Origin: Flectonema sp. DT1601
Lineage: Eukaryota
Assembly: GCA_964019425.1 (NCBI GenBank)
Contig: OZ025794.1
Coordinates: 124,001-188,000, forward strand
Reading direction: 5' to 3'
Length of the DNA stretch: 64,000 nucleotides
A program made the translations under genes and the position numbers. Below are positions 56,349-64,000 of the stretch, one piece after another; positions within the stretch are counted from its first letter, which is position 1; each line of letters opens with the position of its first letter. The notes below the pieces were generated by a model. That model was not told the DNA's origin. It searched no databases and saw nothing but the letters and a program-made list of their open reading frames with translations.

Positions 56349-58436
56349 CTATATTTTACGTGTAGCACTCGATGAGATTGACGAAACCGATTTCTTCAAT
56401 TCACGATAGCGTTGTTCAGTTGCTGATGAAGGAAGTATCTGAGGTGACGGTACGGGTACTCTCGAAGAATTAACAGTCAAAGGTGTGGACTGAATCGACG
56501 ATATCTCTGCTGCCAACGCCATCGCTGAAAGTCGAGCAGCACTTGCTTGAGCATGAGCGACGTCAGATTTTGCAACCCGTGGAGCTGGTGGTGGTGGTGG
56601 TAGAGATGCTTTCTTTGGAGTGACAGAAGGAGATTCATTATCGAGATTTCCATTGGTGTCGTTATTTGATGATTTAAAAACATTTGAATCAACATAAGCT
56701 CTCAACTCTCTTCTGTTAACTTTCGTCTTATCAATCCTGTCGATTACATCATCAATGCTGATCAACTTATCGACTAACCGGTGAACGCAACTGTTGGTGT
56801 TTGCAACTGTCTTTTGATGAAGCTCGAGTTGTGCCCATAAAGCCTCAGTTTTTTGGTGAATCGCATTCATATTTTCTGCTGTTGCCTGAGCATCTCTCGT
56901 AGACATACTATTCTTCGCGAATGCTATAAGCTTTTTAAACGTCGATGACATTAACTCTTTTTTTTGTAGTCTGTCTCTCGTCAATCCCTCTAATTTTTTA
57001 CTATGCTGATTTAGTCTAGATCCCTTGGTATTTTTATGATGTTGCACTGCAGCTATCCATTTTTTGTAGTACACTTCTTTCATGTTTAGGGGTGATGACC
57101 TCGCCAACAACGACATTAAATGAACTTGATTTTTTTTTTTTTTTTCAATCAAAACTTTTTTCTGCCATAAACCCCAGTATCCTTCTTTCAATCCGTTCTC
57201 AGTTATCCTTTTCAGTGTTGTCATGGTTAATTTTACTTTTTTTTTATGACGTTGAGTTCTCAAAAAACTTGATAATTTATCATAATACGCCTGAATGATT
57301 CCTTTTGCAGTAGCAGCTTGAAATGCACGTGACAGATCTCGTTGAGAGAGGCGTCGTTTGTGAGATTGGAGATACCGTTGCCATTTATCCCAAATAGACT
57401 GTTTGTGGCTTTGAGTTGTTCCTAGTGATAGTGCTTGCATTAGATTCTTCTTTTGTTTTCTAACAATAGCTGTCTTGTAAAAAATATCCCAGCATCGATA
57501 CCAATATCTGAGAGATCCTTCTCTCAGTGTCATCATGAAAGCCTTTACAGCTCTTTGGTATGAAGTTTGTTTTTCCTTTTTTTGACAACATTTTTTTTTA
57601 TAAAACTCAATCCAAGACCTATATCTGAGCGCGATCGCTCCCTTGGTAGTGCTGTTGTACATTGCTCTGAGATGCCTTGTTTTTATCCTGCTTCGTTTTT
57701 TTATTTGAGAATACTTCATTAAGTTCAAAAACGATGATTTCAAAACAATTTTATCAGTATTGAACCCCAGCCTGTAGCATAAGTTAATCTTCCTATTTTC
57801 AGATTTTTTTATAAGGCGATTCCTGAATAGTTTTTTGAAATAATCTTTTCGAAGAACAGATGAGTGGTGAGAAGTCATCAATTGAGATATCTGTTTTCTT
57901 TGGAACATCGATAAAGAATGAAGCTTCTCCCTGAATTCTTCTATTTGAGAATCGTGGTTCTCTTTGTGAAATATCAATGCCTCAGATTGCCTTTGAAATT
58001 GATCATTCCACATTACCTGACAATCGTCAACCTGACGTTGCTGTTCCTGAGACAGACGTTGTTGTTCTTGAATAGCGTTTTGGTTTAAAATTTGAAATGA
58101 AGAACTCTGTTCTGTAAGTTGTTGTGTGTAACTACTTTCTAATTCTGATCTCAACTGGTGCATATCACTCTTAGTCATATCGTGGTTTAATTCTATCACG
58201 TTACCACACTCAGTTATCGCACTACTACATTCACATAATTCATTTTTTAGCTCCGATACTTGATCAGCTATGACTTTCCATCGTCCTTCACTCTTACCTT
58301 CTAAAACTGTAACTGTTTCGAGGAGTTCTTTTAATGTCTTTGCGAGAACACCAACTACTTCGGAAATATGAACCCCAGAAATAGAGATCTCTGGATTAAT
58401 ACCCGACGATGCTATTATTGTATTGAGAGTCGCCAT
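56349..58436 (-). CDS. Coiled-coil protein with about nine 36-aa aromatic/basic repeats (Sfi1-like; probably cytoskeletal or flagellar)
   Basis: Periodic (Y/W)(Y/F/W)xx(W/L) motifs, mostly exactly 36 aa apart; first ATG at 58436. Confidence 0.8.
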   Translation of the reverse strand: MATLNTIIASSGINPEISISGVHISEVVGVLAKTLKELLETVTVLEGKSEGRWKVIADQVSELKNELCECSSAITECGNVIELNHDMTKSDMHQLRSELESSYTQQLTEQSSSFQILNQNAIQEQQRLSQEQQRQVDDCQVMWNDQFQRQSEALIFHKENHDSQIEEFREKLHSLSMFQRKQISQLMTSHHSSVLRKDYFKKLFRNRLIKKSENRKINLCYRLGFNTDKIVLKSSFLNLMKYSQIKKRSRIKTRHLRAMYNSTTKGAIALRYRSWIEFYKKKCCQKKEKQTSYQRAVKAFMMTLREGSLRYWYRCWDIFYKTAIVRKQKKNLMQALSLGTTQSHKQSIWDKWQRYLQSHKRRLSQRDLSRAFQAATAKGIIQAYYDKLSSFLRTQRHKKKVKLTMTTLKRITENGLKEGYWGLWQKKVLIEKKKKNQVHLMSLLARSSPLNMKEVYYKKWIAAVQHHKNTKGSRLNQHSKKLEGLTRDRLQKKELMSSTFKKLIAFAKNSMSTRDAQATAENMNAIHQKTEALWAQLELHQKTVANTNSCVHRLVDKLISIDDVIDRIDKTKVNRRELRAYVDSNVFKSSNNDTNGNLDNESPSVTPKKASLPPPPPAPRVAKSDVAHAQASAARLSAMALAAEISSIQSTPLTVNSSRVPVPSPQILPSSATEQRYRELKKSVSSISSSATRKI

Positions 58437-58831
58437 CAGGATGGATGAAATTCCTGTTTGATTGTCAAAAAGTGAAGAAAGATGATAAAAAAAAAGAAAA
58501 CAATCATAACAACCAAACACAATATAAGAAATCTATTACAAAAAAAAAAAAAAAAAAAAAAAAAGAGGGGATTTGAAAGTATGAATACATATAAGAGAAA
58601 ATAAAATAATAAACATCTGCATTGTAGTTATGATACAGTCGAAAAGTAATGTTAGTATTGGTGAACACTCTGCAGGACTTCACATTATAATAAATGTTTC
58701 TAACTCAGCTGCATACATCTCTTTTTCCGTGTTGTCATTCAGTGCAGGACAGAATAGGTAAGAGTTACATTGTCAATAAATAAACATGTTACAGTAGGGG
58801 ATTCTTTGTAAAAAAAAAAAAAAAAAAACAC

Positions 58832-58925
58832 AAAACTGTGTTGTATCATAACATAAAAAAAAACGATAATTTAACAATCAGTTAAAGATGCAGTGACTGC
58901 GGTGTGATGACTTAACTTAGCTTTT
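58832..58925 (+). repeat. Dispersed family B copy
   Basis: aactgtgttgtatcataa...gataatttaaca.tcagtt..a.at.cagtgact...gtgatg..aacttagc matches the 44910 unit. Confidence 0.8.
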
Positions 58926-59498
58926 TTGAAGCAAACTATTTAGGTTTTTCGAGAGTAATCCATATACCTCTTCACCTCTATTCTCTCATCATCAGAAGTC
59001 AGTCAGTCACAATTACCGAGGCTAAACGGGTGGTTAAGTTGTTTTGGTTTTTTTGTATTTTTTTATGTGTAGGTTATTATGTTTGAGAAAACAACCAACG
59101 AATCAACCTGAAATTCCAATAAATGATTCACAGCAGAGATGACTCCACTAGAAAATAATAAAATCAAAAAAAAAAAAAAAAAAAAATTAATTTTTGACTT
59201 CCTACGAGATTCACGAGATAGAATTCCAGAAAAGCAAAAGAACTGTACCAACATGTGTTTTCTTCTCGGGATTTAAAAAAAAAAAAAAAAAAATGAAACA
59301 GAAGAAAGTTTCCTTTCGCAAAAAAAGATTTTTTTTGTGTTTTTTATTTTTTGTTTTGTTTGTGTGATTAAATTTCTATGAATGGAGGAAATAAAATAAA
59401 AAAAGGGGGGAGCGAAAAAAAGGTATCAAAAGAAACAAACGTATCTAACTAATTCACAAATAGAAAAAAAACTAAAAAAACAGGTTGCTGTACATCAG

Positions 59499-61901
59499 CT
59501 ACGGATGCGAGACGGGCCAGTTTTGCTGTTTCCAATTAACCGCTTCTGGAACACTATTGAGTAGGAAATCAGGGATCTCACTCTCTTCAGCTTGTATCAT
59601 ATGTCGAAGCCTCTCAGCTACACCATGAAGACGATTGTGATATGATGGGGGGTTGCTTAGAGGTGTGTTTTGAACTGGTGGTCCAGATGCTCCTTTAACA
59701 GGAGACCACCTCTGAGTTTGTTGTGGCCGTGGAGGAGAAATAGTTCGAGCAGGAATACCCACAGAACTATCTTCATGAATTGGTGTTGGTGAATACCCCT
59801 GAGTCAAAATTGGTCCCAACCCATCAATAATACCCGAGCTATTAGCTGACATGTTAGGCGACTGCTGATGTAGATTTTGCAGCTGCGCTGACAAACTTTC
59901 ATGAGGAGGCTGAACCGGTCTCATCACATCAAGTTCGATTCCCGCTTGCGGACGTACTTGATTAGAATCCTTGCTAAGTAGAATACTTCTAAAATAATTC
60001 GCTTCCTTACCTGATCTCTTTTCATTATCAACTGATTTTTTTAAATCCGATTGTAAACTTGAAATCGCCTGATGACAACTTTTTAACTCCTCCTCAAGAG
60101 ATTCTTTCTTAGTGGAAACGGTTGAAATAATCAACTGATGTTGACTACAATCCAGCTGTTGTTGCTTCAGCTGCCTCGTTATATCCGCAAACTCCGACTG
60201 TATTGATGAGTGTTGTGTTTGAAGTGCTGTTAGTTGTTTTTCAGAATCACTATTCTGTTCTGTCAGTGTGTTGATAAGTCTTTCTTTATCACCTCTGATT
60301 GTGTGAAGTTTATTTAATTCAGAAGTGATTCGCTCCTCGTTAACTCTCAGTTGACGCGTTTCATTTTCAAGAGAGAGAATGACGCTTTCTTTATCGTCTT
60401 TGGCAGCCATGTTTTGAGATAATTGTTTGGTTAAGACTTCATGCTGTGATACTTCTTTATTTAGTGCGTGTTCCGCTCGATCTTTACAACTTTTAAGAAG
60501 TGCTATTTCAGTTTCGTGATCAACGGCTTGTCTTCGTAATGATGTCAGTTCAGTCTGAAGACCATCACACTGAACTCGTAAGTTCGATATCTTACCCTCA
60601 CCATCTCGTAACAGTGATAGTATTCTGTGCTCTGTTTCTTCCATCATTATTTTTGTTGAATTTATTTGTTTTGATTTTGACTGCAATTGTTCATCAAGAG
60701 AGTCTCTCTGCCTCTCCAGTTCTATCAACTGAGACTGTGCTTCATCGATAGACATCTGTGCTCTTGATAAGGCATCAGTTTGAACAGTGACGGTGGCTGC
60801 GATATCAACGACAGTATTTTTATAACACTTCCAAGATTCTGTTGTTAAAAGTGTTGTTTGCTTAACTTTATCAGATAGTAATCTAAGAATTCTGTATTGA
60901 TCATCATCAGGTTGAGTTATCTCCAGTGTCGATGTAGCCTTCGGTGGTAGTCCTTCGGATCCATTTTCTTGTTCTATTTCAGAAACAATATCATTATTCA
61001 TAAATACTAATTCATTCAATGCTTGTTCAAGAGTTTCTTTAGTCTGAGCTGTAACTTCTTCTACTGCTGTGATGTGTTCAGAAAGTCGAACTACTACCGT
61101 CCCTGCTAGAAGCTCATCCCGTTCCATTGTCTGTAACTTGCTTAGTAAAGAGTCCCTGTCTCCGTTAAACGACTGAATTTTTTCAGCTGCTATGTGTAAG
61201 TCTCCTGACAATCGTTGTTTCACACTTGACATGCTGTTGATTTCTTCTCGTTGTTGTCTGACTGTATTCTCAAGATCTGTAACTTGCATTGATTTCTGAT
61301 GAACTTCAGAACGGGTTAACTTTAATTCCTCCTCGGTGTCACGAAGTTCTTGAATAACAGCTTCGAGTGTTGTTGTTAAGTTGTTGGAATTTAAATTAGG
61401 TGTTGGGCTGTTGCCTGTTGATGGCTGGTCATTGTTATCAAGTCTTGCTTGGAGTAGATTAAGCGCCTGATGCATATCATGTTGTCCAGACCCAGATCTG
61501 GTGTTTTGATGGGTTGGTTTCATTTGTTCTTCTTGTTGCTGTTGCTGGTGAAGTTGTTGTTGCTGTTGTTGCTGTTGTTGCTGTTGTTGTTGGTGTTGCT
61601 GTTGTTGCTGTTGGTGTTGCTGTTGGTGTTGTTGCTGCTGATATGGACTGTTTTCTGCCTCAAAAGTGGGGGCGCCTCCATACCCATCCTGTTGCTGTTG
61701 TTGATACGGTACTGGAGGCTGATATCCTGTTATCCCAGTCGCTTGTTGATAAGCCACTTGATGTTGTTGCTGCTGTTGATTATTCAACACAATTTTCCTC
61801 CCCCATGCCAGAACTGACGGTGCTGATGGCAGAGCCCCTCCCTGCTTGCGAGTGGGGGATAGCCTCCCCGTTGCCGCCATGCTGCTATGCTGAATGTTCA
61901 T
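59499..61901 (-). CDS. PolyQ-containing long coiled-coil protein
   Basis: About 800-aa ORF with Q-rich N-terminus and extended heptad repeats; first ATG at 61901. Confidence 0.8.
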   Translation of the reverse strand: MNIQHSSMAATGRLSPTRKQGGALPSAPSVLAWGRKIVLNNQQQQQHQVAYQQATGITGYQPPVPYQQQQQDGYGGAPTFEAENSPYQQQQHQQQHQQQQQQHQQQQQQQQQQQQQLHQQQQQEEQMKPTHQNTRSGSGQHDMHQALNLLQARLDNNDQPSTGNSPTPNLNSNNLTTTLEAVIQELRDTEEELKLTRSEVHQKSMQVTDLENTVRQQREEINSMSSVKQRLSGDLHIAAEKIQSFNGDRDSLLSKLQTMERDELLAGTVVVRLSEHITAVEEVTAQTKETLEQALNELVFMNNDIVSEIEQENGSEGLPPKATSTLEITQPDDDQYRILRLLSDKVKQTTLLTTESWKCYKNTVVDIAATVTVQTDALSRAQMSIDEAQSQLIELERQRDSLDEQLQSKSKQINSTKIMMEETEHRILSLLRDGEGKISNLRVQCDGLQTELTSLRRQAVDHETEIALLKSCKDRAEHALNKEVSQHEVLTKQLSQNMAAKDDKESVILSLENETRQLRVNEERITSELNKLHTIRGDKERLINTLTEQNSDSEKQLTALQTQHSSIQSEFADITRQLKQQQLDCSQHQLIISTVSTKKESLEEELKSCHQAISSLQSDLKKSVDNEKRSGKEANYFRSILLSKDSNQVRPQAGIELDVMRPVQPPHESLSAQLQNLHQQSPNMSANSSGIIDGLGPILTQGYSPTPIHEDSSVGIPARTISPPRPQQTQRWSPVKGASGPPVQNTPLSNPPSYHNRLHGVAERLRHMIQAEESEIPDFLLNSVPEAVNWKQQNWPVSHP

Positions 61902-62289
61902 CTTTAAGAGAACAATCCGTCGCAGCAAATTGGACTTGGCTGTTCTTACCCTGTAATAAGAAATAGATAACACTACAACACAACACATTTAAGGTTATCC
62001 ACTATCCAGCGAAAGCTTCAAAAGAAACAGCAAAAAGAAAAATAATAATAAACAACATCAAATGCAACATTATCTTTGACAACACAACGGAAGCCAAGAC
62101 CGGATTCACAAACGAAAAACGTAAGAAACTCTGTCGCTGGACAAAAATATGTCAAACCAGAAGCAGGTATTAAACCCCAAAGGGTTTCCGAAGAGCAGTA
62201 TTCTCCCAGACTCATTTCCTGCTTCATTCTCGATATAAAAAACGATTTCAAAGGGAAAAAAAAAGACAAAGGAAAAATAAATATTTAAT

Positions 62290-62387
62290 TTTGTTCGTGC
62301 ACGCAGCCGTGAACCGACTTAAACTGATAAAGGAGGTTTACGTGTGCTGCCCAACATTCTTTTTCGTTCTTACAATACTTGTTAAAT

Positions 62388-62426
<39 letters not shown>
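62290..62426 (+). repeat. Dispersed repeat family A, copy 4 with long A tail
   Basis: ccgtgaaccgact..actgataaaggaggtttacgtgtgctgcccaacattctttttcgttcttacaatacttgttaaatgc(A)n. Confidence 0.9.
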
Positions 62427-62427
<1 letters not shown>

Positions 62428-62573
62428 AGAAGTAACGTAAAAAATAAAATCTATATTTCGCAAATTCTTCTATCATTCAAACTAAATGAATGAATGATGG
62501 TGGCTACTTTAAGTACTTAAATACATCAAACACAAGAACTAAGGACAAACAGTGTCACAACAATAATATATAC

Positions 62574-63966
62574 CTATGAAGGTCTTGATGGAATGCCTCT
62601 CGCCCACCAAGCAGGTGCTTGTTGTGGAAATGATTGACGTTTTTTCGGAGACGGTGGGCGATACGTAACACGAGCTGTATTCGAAATTCTAATTGTGCTC
62701 GTTGGGTTAAATGTATTGATTGGAGCAACAGACATAGGAGCGACAGGTGACGAAATCATTCCCGATGTCTTTCTCACAGCAGGAGGCGGAGAGCTATACC
62801 TTCGTTCTGGAACAGGATTATCAGGTTCGATATGATGAACATATGCTGGGATCACTTTATTATTTCCATAAAACCCATTACTTTGACTGCTTCCTATCAT
62901 TGGTTCTAAGAATGGTCCTGAAGGCATTTGACTTCTCGACGCAGTATTAAACGATCCAACCCTACGAACCATAGTATCTAAATATTCTTGTTGTTGTCCA
63001 ATTATTGATCCTGGGCGACACATTCGAATCCACGCAACAGCTTCTTTCGGAGTAAAATTATAATTCTTCATTAAATACAGTCCAATTAGCGTACCCGTTC
63101 TTCCAAGACCAGCCTTGCAATGAACAGCAATACAACTATCTTGATGCTCCGCAATCGATAAAAACTTTTCTACAATATCATCCGGTGGACAACTCCCATC
63201 CGTAAAAAATAAATCATAATGACTATAACCAGCTTGGGAAAAAATCCTTGAATCATACATCTTTTTATTAAGTCTAATCACGGTATTAACACCAAGCCTT
63301 CCAAACAGTTGTACATACTGGTCGGTTGTGAATGTGGTGTGAGGTCCGTTGGGACCAGAAAAAGCGATAAATTTATTCGGTACGATCCAATTCCAATCTC
63401 CGTTTAATAGTTGTTCGTAAAATTCGTATGAGTCCACGCTAAATTTGTTTACGTCAAACCAACCTAACTGCGTTGCTTTTTCAACTCCAGAAATGATGTC
63501 ATTCACTTGTAAAACATAGTCAGTTTGGTGTGGACTCGCATCAAAAAATGTCGTCCAACAATGCGACCAATTTCCAATTTTTTTAAGGGCTTCTTGAGAG
63601 CTTAATTTCATCCGCAGTACCAAATATAATCCTGCTAAAGTAGCAGCGTTCGTTGCCTTCCGAGGTTCATAAAACAGAGAGTAGTAATATAAAGTTTTAC
63701 CTGCCAAGTTTGGATCTCGTAGCTTGCCATCCAGAAGATCAATAAACCTCTTTGTCATTGCCAAGTTCAGAGGTCCAAAATCATTAAAAAACGGATCATA
63801 AATCAACACATCGTCAATACAAAAATAGTGACTCTTTGCGGTATCGTTTGGGTGATTAGCTACGAGTACGAAATAAAGCCTTTCTGGAACAATCTCAGAT
63901 GCTCTACCGGGAGGCTGCTGTTGCTGCTGCTGTTGCTGTTGGTGCTGCTGCTGTTGCTGGTGTTGT

Positions 63967-63999
<33 letters not shown>

Positions 64000-64000
64000 A
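62574..64000 (-). CDS. CDC14: Cdc14 dual-specificity phosphatase; 5' end beyond the window; N-terminal polyQ
   Basis: EIVPERLYF...YDPFFNDFGPLNLA, GDWNWIVPNKFIAFSGP, DGSCP, AVHCKAGLGRTGTL, RPGSIIGQQQ; frame open to the edge. Confidence 0.95.

Noticed and set aside
61470..61966. Poly-Leu and poly-Val plus-strand ORFs
   Set aside because: Reverse complement of CAG/CAA polyQ codons

Overview
AT-rich eukaryotic nuclear DNA. All 18 supportable protein-coding genes lie head-to-tail on the minus strand, separated by homopolymer-rich spacers. Several have poly(U)-AG acceptors just before the start codon. This arrangement suggests a polycistronic, trans-spliced euglenozoan, most plausibly a diplonemid because short GT-AG cis introns are also present (inference). 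Recognisable products: RING finger, YbjQ/UPF0145, RanBP2-type zinc finger, LRR plus multi-pass membrane protein, SVIP/VIM-like repeat protein, NMN/NaMN adenylyltransferase, ABCG transporter, Fab1/PIKfyve, Leo1, PDZ protein, IBB-less importin-alpha, SMYD methyltransferase, C-type lectin/LamG/PT-repeat/EGF multi-pass surface protein, two coiled-coil proteins, a 36-aa repeat protein and Cdc14. Highlights: (1) cis introns have U/G-rich 5' ends and A/C-rich 3' ends with no polypyrimidine tract, while putative trans-splice acceptors keep poly(U); (2) the Leo1 intron holds a 453-bp inverted-repeat-flanked element carrying a tRNA 3' half; (3) several short interspersed repeat families are orientation-biased; (4) PIKfyve carries an array of DEP/winged-helix-like repeats. 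All calls were made by eye, with no database searches.
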